Shown: positions 41,349-51,224, numbered from the stretch's first letter. The stretch is 64,000 bases of DNA from Vicinamibacteria bacterium (GCA_965199715.1 OZ241322.1:2240001-2304000), one strand, 5' to 3'. Program-made: numbers and translations. The notes: a model not told the origin generated them from the letters alone.

Positions 41349-42592
41349 TGACCCCGGACTTCATCTCCTTTGATGAGACTTGGAGCCGCGTGCGAGCGAT
41401 CCTGTCCGAGGCCGATCTCCCACAGCGCGCCCGCCCCGTGTACCTCGTCCGTGACGCGCACGGGCGCATCCGGATCTCGGCGCCGCTGGCGTTGGAGGAC
41501 GACGGCCCGTGCAACGAGGCGCTGGATGCGTTGGCGGACCGGCTGGATCGGAGTCTCGGGCCGCATTCGGACGGGGCTCGGGGCAGCGTCCTGTATCTTG
41601 ACGATCAGTACCTGAACCTCCTCACCGGGACCCGACGCGAACTGCCGGAACTGCCCGGAGTATTCGCCGAGGAGCGCCTCTTCGTCGGCGAGCATTGGTG
41701 GGCGGTCAACGGCGCGAAGGAGTCCGGCGCCCGACGGTTCACGCTGTATTCGGTCAAGGGCGGCCTCGGATGCAGTACGACGGCCGCAGCCCTCTCCCGC
41801 CATCTGGCCGCGCAGGGCGAACGGGTGCTGGTCATGGATCTCGACCTTGAGTCGCCGGGCCTTGCCGCGGTGCTGGAGCCGGAGCGCCGACCGCGCTTCG
41901 GCGTGACCGACTGGTTCGTCGAGAACCTCGTGGGGCAGGGCGATCACGTGGCGGAGCGGATGCTCGGCTCCCCGGCGTGGGCCGATGCGCTCGGGGGCGA
42001 AGTACGCATCGCGCCGGCCGACGGCGCGACCCCGGGGGAATACCTCGCCAAGGTCGGCCGCGTCTATATGGAGCGTCTCGACTCGCTTTGGCCGGACCGA
42101 CTCGCGGGTCTCGTGGAACGTCTGGAGGCTCAGCTTCAGCCCACGACCGTGCTGATCGAGAGCCGCAGCCGCTTCCACGACATCGCCGCCGCGACCCTCA
42201 CCGATCTCGGGGCGGAAGTCCTGCTGTTCGCGACGGATGCCGAGAGTGTGTGGGCCGATTACGAAATCCTCTTCAAGCACTGGAAGGACAAGGGCTTGGC
42301 CGATGCGATCCGGGATCGGCTGACCTTCGTCTCGGCGCTTACGCCGGAACGCGACCGGGAGGCGTGCCGAAGCCGGTTCCGCTCGCGGACGGCGGAACTG
42401 ATGCGCACGCTCTACGGCGATTCCGGTGCGTTCCCCGAGCCGCTTGAAATCGGCTGGCATCCCGGGCTCGCGGCCGGGGCCTCGCTGCGGACTCTGGACG
42501 CTGAGGCTGTGGCGTCGGCGTACGGGAATTTCTGGAGGCCGCTTGCGGAGCGCCTGCCGCGAGGCGAGTTTGCCGGGGCTCAGGCTCCCTGA
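41348..42592 (+). CDS. ParA/MinD-like ATPase (KGGVGR-variant type)
   Basis: YLVRD..GRI N-terminal domain; YSVKGGLGCST deviant Walker A; DLDLESPG; GVTDWFVE. Confidence 0.75.
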   Translation: MTPDFISFDETWSRVRAILSEADLPQRARPVYLVRDAHGRIRISAPLALEDDGPCNEALDALADRLDRSLGPHSDGARGSVLYLDDQYLNLLTGTRRELPELPGVFAEERLFVGEHWWAVNGAKESGARRFTLYSVKGGLGCSTTAAALSRHLAAQGERVLVMDLDLESPGLAAVLEPERRPRFGVTDWFVENLVGQGDHVAERMLGSPAWADALGGEVRIAPADGATPGEYLAKVGRVYMERLDSLWPDRLAGLVERLEAQLQPTTVLIESRSRFHDIAAATLTDLGAEVLLFATDAESVWADYEILFKHWKDKGLADAIRDRLTFVSALTPERDREACRSRFRSRTAELMRTLYGDSGAFPEPLEIGWHPGLAAGASLRTLDAEAVASAYGNFWRPLAERLPRGEFAGAQAP

Positions 42593-42622
42593 ATGGACGC
42601 GCTAGCTCTGCTCATGGCGAAG

Positions 42623-43123
42623 TCAGGTGTCGTCTGGAGTCGGCGCAGACTCTGAGCGCACCTCGTCAAGCAGCGACTGCGCGAGCTCCAGCGTGCGGTC
42701 CAGCGGCGTGGTCTGAAGGTCGCCCGAGAGCTGCTTGAGCACGACTGGACACCCGGCGGCCGCCAAGCGATTGGCGACGTCCACGATTCGCTTGGGATCG
42801 CCGGTTTCAGGGCTGTCATGACCCAGGCGCGCCACTGAGACGACGGCGAGAAGGGAGCCGAGGTCTTCATCCATAATCTGTGACGTGTAGATGAACAACT
42901 TTCCCCACCGTGAGACCGGGCCCTGACGCGGCTCGAGCCCTCGCGCTAGGGCGGTTGCAACACTGAAGGCCCAGAAATCCACCTTCCTCCGAAAGGGGCG
43001 CTGTTCGACTCTCTCACGCTCCCCTGAGTGCATGCCCACGTAGCCGTTGACTGCGTCCTCGTGCTCTCGCGGCAGCATGAGCGACAGTCCTTGGGCGCGA
43101 AACAGATCTCGAAATTCACTCAC
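42623..43123 (-). CDS. Small dnd-associated (PbeD-like) protein
   Basis: 166 aa, GAGGAG RBS; PFRRKVDFWAFS...ANRLAAAG resembles the dnd-associated protein 4 pattern; lies directly after the ATPase. Confidence 0.5.
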   Translation of the reverse strand: MSEFRDLFRAQGLSLMLPREHEDAVNGYVGMHSGERERVEQRPFRRKVDFWAFSVATALARGLEPRQGPVSRWGKLFIYTSQIMDEDLGSLLAVVSVARLGHDSPETGDPKRIVDVANRLAAAGCPVVLKQLSGDLQTTPLDRTLELAQSLLDEVRSESAPTPDDT

Positions 43124-43135
43124 AGCGGACTCTCC

Positions 43136-45358
43136 TCAGCGCGGCTGCCAGGCCGGGTTCGCCGCCTGCCCGGCACGCTCGCACACCTTGCAGTACTGCC
43201 TTGGACCGCAAGGACACAGGAGCGACACCTTGCGGGCATCGGTCAGGTTGACCACATCTCCCCCGTGGTCCGTGTGTTGCCACTGCGCTGTCAGCGTGTA
43301 TGTGGCTCCGGCGTAGCGTGAAATCAGGTCGACTTCACTTTGGGCTTCCAAGTCGGACCCCGTGAGCAACAGAATGGGCTGGTTAGCCGTCTCGGCAGTG
43401 ATGCGCACCGTGTTGGTCCGGACGGCACCGGACATGAAGTTCAGCATCGAGTCCGCGACCAGGGGCGCGAGAGTCCGGCTGACCTTACACAGGGCCAGCA
43501 CGAACGAGAGCGCGAGAATCCTCCTTGACGCGCCATTGATCTCCGTGGGCGGCATCGATCGGCCTCGGCTGTTGAGCGCGAAGATCTCGTAGTCGCCCTC
43601 ACTCTGCTCCAACCGCGTGAGTCCAACCTGCTCGATCATGTGCATCTTGGCCTTGGGGCGGTCGTCCTCCATGCCGTCGTCGTCCATCACATTGGCGGCC
43701 ATGCGCAGAAACAACCGGTTCATTTCCTTCCCCAGCTCGGCTACCTGATCATCCCGAATGCGTGCTTGGGCATTGCGAATGATCTGGGCGAGGAGCGACG
43801 CCGTTTCCTCCTGCCGCTGCAGGTCACGAGCCTGCGTCTGGCCTCTTTGGGATCGACGGATCACGCCCTCAAGCCTTCCAATCTCCTGGCGCTGCCGGTC
43901 AGCGTTCTCCCTGTCACGGATCAGATCGCGCTCCAAGTTCTCCGATCGGGTCTCCAGCATCTCGATCTGTCCACGCACGGCCTCGATTCCCTGATCCTTG
44001 ATCGTCGAGAGCTTGCTCTCGATGTCTCGCATGGACTGGACGAGGCCGCCGAGTTCATCGTCACGTGCGCTGATCGTGGTTTCGAGGTCTTCCCGGCGCC
44101 GCATCCAGGAATCGCCGTCTCGGTGGGAGTGCAGCGCCCGTGCGGCCTGCAGAACTTGGGTCAGGTAGTCGGCGCGGTCCACCTGAACGCGGGAATCGGC
44201 CAAGACACGCCGAATCTTGTCTCGATGTTCCCCTTGTGCGGTCAAGTCTTGACCGCAAACACACGTGCCCTGATCGAGCAGGCCCTCGACGAACGCAAGA
44301 TGGCGGACTGGAATCGTGCCGTCGTCGTACAGTGGCTGCAGGCAATGGCAGACGTGTGCGATCTCTCGGGAAGCCAGCGCGGCCAGCAGTTCGACGGAGC
44401 CGATCGTGTTGGAGAGGGCTACCGCCGCCTCCCGTCGGTCCGCACGTGCTCGGAGTATGCGTTCCTCGTGCTCCTTTTTCCGGGCGAGAAGCTCGTCGTG
44501 GGCCCCGAGTCGGCTGATGCGGGCCTCGAGTTGGCCCCGCTGCTGCGCCAGATCATCGTCGATGTCGGTCTTCTCCTTTCTGTTCCGCTCCACTCGCTCC
44601 TCCAGCGCCTTGTTCGCCTGTCGGAGGCCATCCAATTCGTCCTGCTTGGCGTCCAGATCGTGGTCTCGCGCCGCCTTGGTCGCTTGCCGGCCCAGATCAT
44701 GTTCGATGGACCGAATTCGTCCTGCGGCTTCCTCGAATACCTCGAGGCCCAAGAGTGAGCGTACGGCGTAGGACGTCTTGGCGATGACGTCTTGTCGCCG
44801 GAGGCTCTTGTTCTCGCTTCCACCCACGAAATCGGCGGCCTCGTCCGCATCCATCACGAAGAAATCGCGCAGCTCCCAAGGCAACAGCTCCCGAATCATG
44901 GAATCGACGCCGTGTTCGTACGGCATCCAGCCGTCTTCCTCCTTTACGAGGAGCTGCGTCGATTCGTTGACCCGGTGGTAGTCCGGGTCTCCCGTCTCGG
45001 TGCCGCTTCGGGCCAGTGTCGTGACGGATCGGTGCAATTCGTATTCGGTCGTCGCCGGACCAGACTCGGGATGGTGGCGGGTCGAACCATCGGTCTCGAA
45101 GAGAATGGAGACACGGGTCTCGACTCCTGCGGCGTCCGGCTCCCACGATGCTGGGTGGAGGGAGAACTCGGCCGGGTTGCCGGGCAACCCCCTCTCTCCG
45201 TACATCCCCCATCGGATCGCTCGCAGCAGAGTGGTCTTTCCGGATCCGTTCTCCGCCCGTACCACCGTAAGGGGTTTGTTCCGGTCAGTGGACGGGAACA
45301 GTCTGAGGCGATCGAAGCACACGAAGTTCGTGATTTCGATTCGACGAATCAGCAGCAT
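43136..45358 (-). CDS. Rad50/DndD-like coiled-coil ABC ATPase, CxC type (PbeC-like)
   Basis: IEITNF, AENGSGKTT, FFVMDAD, coiled coil with central CVCG, INGASRRILALSF signature, LVADS Walker B, C-terminal CPC..CKVC. Confidence 0.8.
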   Translation of the reverse strand: MLLIRRIEITNFVCFDRLRLFPSTDRNKPLTVVRAENGSGKTTLLRAIRWGMYGERGLPGNPAEFSLHPASWEPDAAGVETRVSILFETDGSTRHHPESGPATTEYELHRSVTTLARSGTETGDPDYHRVNESTQLLVKEEDGWMPYEHGVDSMIRELLPWELRDFFVMDADEAADFVGGSENKSLRRQDVIAKTSYAVRSLLGLEVFEEAAGRIRSIEHDLGRQATKAARDHDLDAKQDELDGLRQANKALEERVERNRKEKTDIDDDLAQQRGQLEARISRLGAHDELLARKKEHEERILRARADRREAAVALSNTIGSVELLAALASREIAHVCHCLQPLYDDGTIPVRHLAFVEGLLDQGTCVCGQDLTAQGEHRDKIRRVLADSRVQVDRADYLTQVLQAARALHSHRDGDSWMRRREDLETTISARDDELGGLVQSMRDIESKLSTIKDQGIEAVRGQIEMLETRSENLERDLIRDRENADRQRQEIGRLEGVIRRSQRGQTQARDLQRQEETASLLAQIIRNAQARIRDDQVAELGKEMNRLFLRMAANVMDDDGMEDDRPKAKMHMIEQVGLTRLEQSEGDYEIFALNSRGRSMPPTEINGASRRILALSFVLALCKVSRTLAPLVADSMLNFMSGAVRTNTVRITAETANQPILLLTGSDLEAQSEVDLISRYAGATYTLTAQWQHTDHGGDVVNLTDARKVSLLCPCGPRQYCKVCERAGQAANPAWQPR

Positions 45359-45579
45359 CAGGAACTCTCCGGTGGGTGGGGCCGCTTCACAGCGCTCTCG
45401 ATCAGGGATCGAATTTCCTGGCGAATTCTCGGATGGGCCTTGATCCGATGCTGGTCCTCAAGATCAACGATTTCCATGACGAGCTTTACGACGTCCTCCG
45501 GGTCAAGTTTGTACGAGGGGGCGAGCCGACTCGCCTCTCTTCGGATCTCCGCAAGGAGTCGCTCAAAGTTGCTTACCAT
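45358..45579 (-). CDS. Small helical protein (PbeB-like position)
   Basis: 73 aa (MVSNFERLLAEIRREASRL...); overlaps the helicase stop and the ATPase start (TGATG). Confidence 0.6.
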   Translation of the reverse strand: MVSNFERLLAEIRREASRLAPSYKLDPEDVVKLVMEIVDLEDQHRIKAHPRIRQEIRSLIESAVKRPHPPESS

Positions 45580-47777
45580 GGCCTTCCCTTCGGCGTGGTC
45601 GTGGCCACCCAGTGCTCGTGAGGGCCGCTGAGGAGTGGGGGCCGTGCGCCTCCGAGTGGCCAGTAGGCTTGTGTGAGGCGCTCCAGATCGGCGGCGACCC
45701 CGTTCGGCCCCGCAAGGTTCTCGGCGTACCGTCCGAAGGCTTGGGCTCGGCTCAGTTCGGTTCGGACGATTCCCGCCACGGAGGGGTTTCCGTCGCTTCG
45801 AACCACGGACACCGGCGGCAGCCCGAGGAAATCGTGGACGATCGCTCTCGGCTTCGACGGGTGCATGCGCAGGACCCGGCCTCGCCGCTGTACCCACTCT
45901 CGCTCGACGGTTGACGATGCGACGATGAACGCCTCTCGGACGCTTGGGATATCGACCCCCTCGTCAAGTACGCGCTTGGCGAGAAGCACTTGGATTGCCC
46001 CCTCGGTGAACGAGTCAAGCACCCTCGCCAAGAGTCGAGGCTTCGCTGTCGTGTCCTGCGTGACTTGTGACCACCGAACACCGAGTTCGGTCAACACGCG
46101 CCCGATGTCTGTGAACTGGCTGGGTCGTTTCGCCGAGGCGTAGATGAGCGTGTGCTCAAGTTCGCTCGGCTCCCGGCGCAGCAATACAACCCGCAGCAAA
46201 TCGATCTTCGTTTGCGCGGTCTCGACGATGCGCCGGCGTGCGATGAGGAGCCGTCGCACGGCCTCATCTCCATCGTCGGACGCCATCGCTGCGCCGATGC
46301 GCTGGCTCAGGCGCTCGAACTCCTCAAGCTCGTCTCCGCCCAGAGTACAGGCGTGCACGTAGTACCGGTAAGGCACCAGGCAGAACCCAATCGCTCGGTC
46401 CAAGCCGAACTCGTACGCTGTTTTTCCGAAGAAATCGAAGATGGCCTCGGTCCCGTCGGGGTCGTATTGCCGCTCCGGCGTGGCGGACAGCGCAAGGCGC
46501 CTCTGGAAGAACTCCGGCTTGTTCTGGACGAACGAGTCCGCTCCAAGCGTGTGCGCCTCATCGCCGATGAGCATCGTCTCGACCGGTTCAGGCGCCGACC
46601 GGAGCTTCTGCTCCACCGTCCTCTGGAATCGCGCCGAGCAGAGCAGCCTGTTCGTCGCGACAACTACATGAGTTCCACCTCGCCGGAGGCTCCGGAAGAG
46701 TTGTGTGAGCTGCCTGTCAACGTCGCCGAGGCTCGGCGCGATCGCCTTCATGCCGAACTTCTTCACCTCGTCGCGCCACTGCAACACGAGCGGAACCGAA
46801 GGAGCCGAGATCACGACCAAGAATGCTTGGTGGTTCTTGAGGCGATCCTGGCAGCGGGCGGCGCAGATCAGCGCAGTGAGCGTCTTTCCCGCTCCAGTGG
46901 CCATCGCGATCACGCCGGTCTCGGGAGCTTCACCGCCTTCCCAAGCCTCTACCGCCTCCCCTTGATGAGCATACGGACCCGTCCTCCACTCAAGACCTGA
47001 CGGGATGCGCAGCCGGCGGACCGGGAGTGGCGCTGGTGCGGGAAGGGGATTCGGGGGCCGAATGAGGCGCTCGTAGTCGGCTGGTCTCGGGGCGGTTTCC
47101 GGCGCTGCCCGGATGATGTCCTCGCGCAGGGCGTCCGGTAGGTCCAGAACCCGGTGGATGCCGGCGCTCTCACCTTTCGTCCAGTCGCTCAGCGTCTTCA
47201 GGCCGGTGTGCACCCGTGCGGCGCTGTCAGCCACCCAAGAGACGTCCACGTCAAGGTGCTCGACGCCAGCAGCGACGCCTCGGCCCGTCGCGTTGCCGGA
47301 GCCTCGAGCCAGTACCTGATTGGTGCCGTCGTCAAACAGCCAAAGCTTCGGGTGGTAGTTGGACTCCGGTGTCGGGACGGCGATTCGCAGGCGAAGGCGA
47401 TTCGTGGCGATCATCCAGGAGAGGCAGTCCAGCGCGTGACGTGCGAGGCCGCCGCTCGTGGGTCGGCCGCGCAGGAAGACGTGGCCCACCAGCTCAGCCG
47501 CCTGCGTGTCGCTCATCTGCACTCCGCGCTCGATCGCCGAACGCTCGTCGGGGAACAGCGCCGGAGCGACGGTGAACTCCAACGGCTTGGCGTTCTCTCG
47601 GTTGAGGTAGAGGGCGAGGCCCGGCGCCAGTTGCCCGATCCAACCAGCCGTGAACCATCCGAATGCGCCCTTGACCGATGTCGCGGCGCGGAACCCGGGA
47701 ATGAGCACTTGAGCGGCCACGGGCTCGTCCGGGAGCCTGTAGAGCCTTGGCTCCAGTGTGCGCTCGTCCGAGAGCAT
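45573..47777 (-). CDS. PLD/HKD-like nuclease domain + SF2 DEAH helicase (PbeA / dnd restriction-enzyme-like)
   Basis: YHPKLWLFD...GSGNAT, then MATGAGKT, DEAH, LSAT, VLDEGVDIP and QRRGRVLR. Confidence 0.82.
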   Translation of the reverse strand: MLSDERTLEPRLYRLPDEPVAAQVLIPGFRAATSVKGAFGWFTAGWIGQLAPGLALYLNRENAKPLEFTVAPALFPDERSAIERGVQMSDTQAAELVGHVFLRGRPTSGGLARHALDCLSWMIATNRLRLRIAVPTPESNYHPKLWLFDDGTNQVLARGSGNATGRGVAAGVEHLDVDVSWVADSAARVHTGLKTLSDWTKGESAGIHRVLDLPDALREDIIRAAPETAPRPADYERLIRPPNPLPAPAPLPVRRLRIPSGLEWRTGPYAHQGEAVEAWEGGEAPETGVIAMATGAGKTLTALICAARCQDRLKNHQAFLVVISAPSVPLVLQWRDEVKKFGMKAIAPSLGDVDRQLTQLFRSLRRGGTHVVVATNRLLCSARFQRTVEQKLRSAPEPVETMLIGDEAHTLGADSFVQNKPEFFQRRLALSATPERQYDPDGTEAIFDFFGKTAYEFGLDRAIGFCLVPYRYYVHACTLGGDELEEFERLSQRIGAAMASDDGDEAVRRLLIARRRIVETAQTKIDLLRVVLLRREPSELEHTLIYASAKRPSQFTDIGRVLTELGVRWSQVTQDTTAKPRLLARVLDSFTEGAIQVLLAKRVLDEGVDIPSVREAFIVASSTVEREWVQRRGRVLRMHPSKPRAIVHDFLGLPPVSVVRSDGNPSVAGIVRTELSRAQAFGRYAENLAGPNGVAADLERLTQAYWPLGGARPPLLSGPHEHWVATTTPKGRPW

Positions 47778-47779
47778 CG

Positions 47780-49729
47780 CTAGGACGGTCGGCGCCGGCG
47801 GAGCATGCGCTGCAAGAGGGCGTCCGCATCGCCCACCTGATTCGCTTCCGTCGATGCGTCGCCGGAGCTCAGTTTCGCGGAACCGGGGCCGAGGATTGTC
47901 ACTCTGGCCCGGTCGCCCGGTTGAAGGCCGAGGCGCCGCAACGGCCCTGAGACGTAGCCGAGCGTTGCGCCGGTCGGGGAAGCCAGCTTCCATCGCAACG
48001 ACATTTCCCGACAGCCAATGGGACTCTCCAACGAGACCGCCACGCCGGAATCGGGCTCGCATCCGAGCGCCTTGGCGATCTCCCCGGGAACCCCGGTCAC
48101 GCTGTGGCCCTCGAAGTAGCGGCCATCCACGACGAAGCTCCAGTAGGGTGCGCCCTCGTCGTCATGTCCGTGCACTACGTCGTCCAACGGCCTTAGCTGG
48201 ACGGAGGAGGCGCTGGCCAGACTGATCATCCCGTCACGCACCGAGAAGCGAGCAGTCTTCATGTATGCCTCAACGCTCGTGGCCTGAACGCCGAATTTGG
48301 CGGGAATCTCCGCCAGTAGCCTCTTGGTCGTCGTGACGCCTCCGTCCTCGTCGATTCGCTGGATGATCTCGCCGACGATGCCGTCGTATTCATCGTCGAT
48401 CCACTCCTTGAGTCCCCAACGTTCCTTGTCGGCTCGCACGACGCTCGGAACGCTGGAGAGCGTGGCACCGACTCGAAGGGGATCAGCGATCCCGGAAGCG
48501 GCGGCGATTTCGGCCTTCGTGGCGGGTCTTCCGATGGAGATCAGAGCTGCTTTGGCCCGTGCTTTGGCTGTATCCCGACGCGCTAGCAGCCCACGGATAC
48601 GGTGCAGTCGATTGTGTCGGAGCAGCCAGTCCCAGAATCGCTCTCGGTAGTCCTCCGGGACATGCTGCATCAGAGCAGCCTCGACGATAAGGCCCACATC
48701 GTCTGCGAGCTCACCAACGCCATTCTGGAACTCCGAGAGGAACTGCCGACCGCGCTCATCAACGAAGACACCGGCTTCCAGCGAGTACCGCATGGCGTCC
48801 AGCAACGCGCTTTGGAATAGGCGGGTAGTGATCTGGTCTTCATCCGGCGAGATGTCGTCGAGGACTCGCCGCATGTCATTCTCAGACAAGATGGGATCGA
48901 GTTGGTCGTGGATCGTCGAGGCGACGACCCCCATCTCCGCACCAAGAGCGACACGAAGTTTCCGATGGATCTTTGCTTCCAACTGGCGAACGCGCTCCCG
49001 GGTCACGCCGAGTCGCTCGCCGAGCGCCTCCAGCGTGTCGCGCTTCTCACCGAGAAGTCGCCCCTCCAGAATCAGGCGATTCCGCTCGTCGAGCGCTTCC
49101 ACCGTACGGCCCAGCCGCCGGATGATGAGTACCGGGAGGCTGGGAGTCCCGGCAGCGAGGTCACGAACCTCAACCTCTTGGAGAGCCGCTTTGACTTCCA
49201 TCCGATCCGCCAGCACAACAAGTTCGGAGCACAGCGCCTCAAGGAGCGTCTGGGGGCCGCGCAGGTCGGCCGCAGTGGCGAGAAGCGTGCTGAGCGTGGG
49301 TGCGATCTCGCCCCAGCGTTGAGCGCTCTTCGGCAGCGCCTCTACTCGATCGGCTGACGTCACGGCGGCCTGAACGTCTTCCATCGCCTGCATGCGATCG
49401 GTCAGGAACGTCTCGAGCGCAGACAGGAGATCCCGGAGTGATGTCCATCCGAAACCCCTCATCCGCAGCAGCTCCTGCACCGTGAGTGCGCCGTCGCCCT
49501 GCGCAAATTCCTTCTGCCGACAGCAGTTGGCCGTTCGCACCTTCAGGACGAGCCAGCGCACAGTCGATCGCTCGAGGCCGGGGGGCCAAGCGATGGCGTG
49601 GAGTTCGGTCCGGGTGCCCTTGCGAACTGTGCGCAGCGCTGCGGAAATGGCTTGCAGATGGAGCCGTGCGGCCTCGGCTGAAGGGACCACTGTTCCCAGC
49701 GACCCGTCAGGCCGCGACATTCGGCTCAT
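47780..49729 (-). CDS. Protein with RNAP alphaCTD-like HhH, sigma70 region-4 HTH and wHTH repeats
   Basis: VRTANC...TVQELLRMRGFG.TSL, then TLEALGERLGVTRERVRQLE, then VRADKERWGLKEW. Start at 49729 or 49720. Confidence 0.7.
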   Translation of the reverse strand: MSRMSRPDGSLGTVVPSAEAARLHLQAISAALRTVRKGTRTELHAIAWPPGLERSTVRWLVLKVRTANCCRQKEFAQGDGALTVQELLRMRGFGWTSLRDLLSALETFLTDRMQAMEDVQAAVTSADRVEALPKSAQRWGEIAPTLSTLLATAADLRGPQTLLEALCSELVVLADRMEVKAALQEVEVRDLAAGTPSLPVLIIRRLGRTVEALDERNRLILEGRLLGEKRDTLEALGERLGVTRERVRQLEAKIHRKLRVALGAEMGVVASTIHDQLDPILSENDMRRVLDDISPDEDQITTRLFQSALLDAMRYSLEAGVFVDERGRQFLSEFQNGVGELADDVGLIVEAALMQHVPEDYRERFWDWLLRHNRLHRIRGLLARRDTAKARAKAALISIGRPATKAEIAAASGIADPLRVGATLSSVPSVVRADKERWGLKEWIDDEYDGIVGEIIQRIDEDGGVTTTKRLLAEIPAKFGVQATSVEAYMKTARFSVRDGMISLASASSVQLRPLDDVVHGHDDEGAPYWSFVVDGRYFEGHSVTGVPGEIAKALGCEPDSGVAVSLESPIGCREMSLRWKLASPTGATLGYVSGPLRRLGLQPGDRARVTILGPGSAKLSSGDASTEANQVGDADALLQRMLRRRRPS

Positions 49730-51224
49730 CACCCGGCGGGTGCGTCGCAGCACTGCGGATCAATCGGTGTCCCCTCAGAGAGAGACCCTTTTCCTGAAGT
49801 CGCCGGATCCATCCATCGCGAGTGCCGATTCGAGGTGTGTCGCTGTAGAGGCCCTTCGACTCCTCGATCCGGGTCAGACGGGCGAACTTCGGGCGCAACG
49901 GATGCTCGGGCAGAACGAACGCTTCCTTCCGGTGGAGAATCGGGGGGTTCCGGGACGCTGCGTAACTTCTTTCCCGTACATTGAAGCTCTGGAGGTGCAC
50001 CGTCAGGGAATCGCGGAGGGCCGGGTGAGGATCGGACTCGAAGTCCGGGTATGAGAGGTAGGACACCAAGGGTTCGTCGACGTGAAGCTTGACCACGTTG
50101 GCTCCGGCTACATGGCCGATGTACCTTCTGGCGCAGCCTTCGTAGAGCCTGAGCGCGAGGGGGAGCCCCTCCAGCGCACTCTTGTGGACGTAGATGGCGG
50201 TCGGCATGCGCTTCCCGACCGAGGACTGTCGGGCTGCCCTCGCAATCCGAGTCGGATCTCCGATGGCCAGGAGCGCCCGGTCCGCCTCCTCGCACGCTCG
50301 CCGATATGTGGAGAACAGGCTTCTGAGGTCCCGCTGTAGGACGGTAGGCAGACGGCCCATGGGGACCCGCCCGTCAAAGCGGCTCAGCGCGAGGAAGAGC
50401 AACAATTCCTGAGTTCTCGCAGCGATGATGAGTCTCCACTGGCGGCGGTCGTGCGTGCGCTCAATGAGTCGAAATGCTCGGCGCACGCTCCCGAAGCGCT
50501 CGGCGATCCGTTGAGGGTCACTCAGCTCATCTTCCCGTGGGGCGCGAGCGTGGCGGTGGAAGAAGGCGATCAGGGGCTCCAAGAGCTCCCGGTGTTCCAG
50601 AACGATCGACACGGCGGTCGTGCGGCTCCGAACCGTGGTCCCCTCGAATCGGCGCGCCAGGAAGGCTGCCCGGTCGGTGCTGTCCCGGAAGACGTAGAAG
50701 ACCCCCGGCGCTGCGGCGACGGCACGTTTGCCGAGCACGGCTTCGACCCAGTCCGCCAGCTCGCGCTGCTCGTAGAATTTCTGGAAGGTTCCGATTGACG
50801 TGACGCACCCATCCGCATGATGTCCGGTTGGGACAAGCCCCGTGGACTGCGAGGCGAGACGCGCCGAAACGATGAGTGCCTTTCGGGCGAAAGACCACGC
50901 CTTGCGAAGGCACTCCGCCCTCTCTATTGGATCCTCGATGACGTTCACGACGTATCCGAGGTTCACAATCTGGGCGGGCGCGCGGGAGTCAGGGCCTTGA
51001 TGCGCCGGGTCCCACCCCCAGCTCTTGATGCCCCGACGGCGCAAATTTCGGACATCGTCACCGAGTCCGCAGCCGTAGTCGAACACACTCGTTGACGGTG
51101 TGATGAGTCCGTCCGACAAGGCAGCGGCGACCGGCCGGGAAAGGTCCAGGCGAGCGATGGCGGTGCGACGGCGATTTCGGCTGAGCGCCGCCGCGCCATC
51201 CCGACACTCTGCGTAGCGCTTCAG
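49707..51224 (-). CDS. DNA phosphorothioation-associated putative methyltransferase
   Basis: RTAIAR..LSRPV, FDYGCGLGDD, GWDP, VNLGYVVNVIED, GTFQKFYEQ, LSYPDF..DPHPAL and NPPILHRKE. Start codon ambiguous. Confidence 0.82.
   Translation of the reverse strand: MKRYAECRDGAAALSRNRRRTAIARLDLSRPVAAALSDGLITPSTSVFDYGCGLGDDVRNLRRRGIKSWGWDPAHQGPDSRAPAQIVNLGYVVNVIEDPIERAECLRKAWSFARKALIVSARLASQSTGLVPTGHHADGCVTSIGTFQKFYEQRELADWVEAVLGKRAVAAAPGVFYVFRDSTDRAAFLARRFEGTTVRSRTTAVSIVLEHRELLEPLIAFFHRHARAPREDELSDPQRIAERFGSVRRAFRLIERTHDRRQWRLIIAARTQELLLFLALSRFDGRVPMGRLPTVLQRDLRSLFSTYRRACEEADRALLAIGDPTRIARAARQSSVGKRMPTAIYVHKSALEGLPLALRLYEGCARRYIGHVAGANVVKLHVDEPLVSYLSYPDFESDPHPALRDSLTVHLQSFNVRERSYAASRNPPILHRKEAFVLPEHPLRPKFARLTRIEESKGLYSDTPRIGTRDGWIRRLQEKGLSLRGHRLIRSAATHPPGDEPNVAA

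Noticed and set aside
47780-49729. Calling this gene a true sigma factor
   Set aside because: Only region 4 is recognisable; there is no region 2 core-binding or melting motif.
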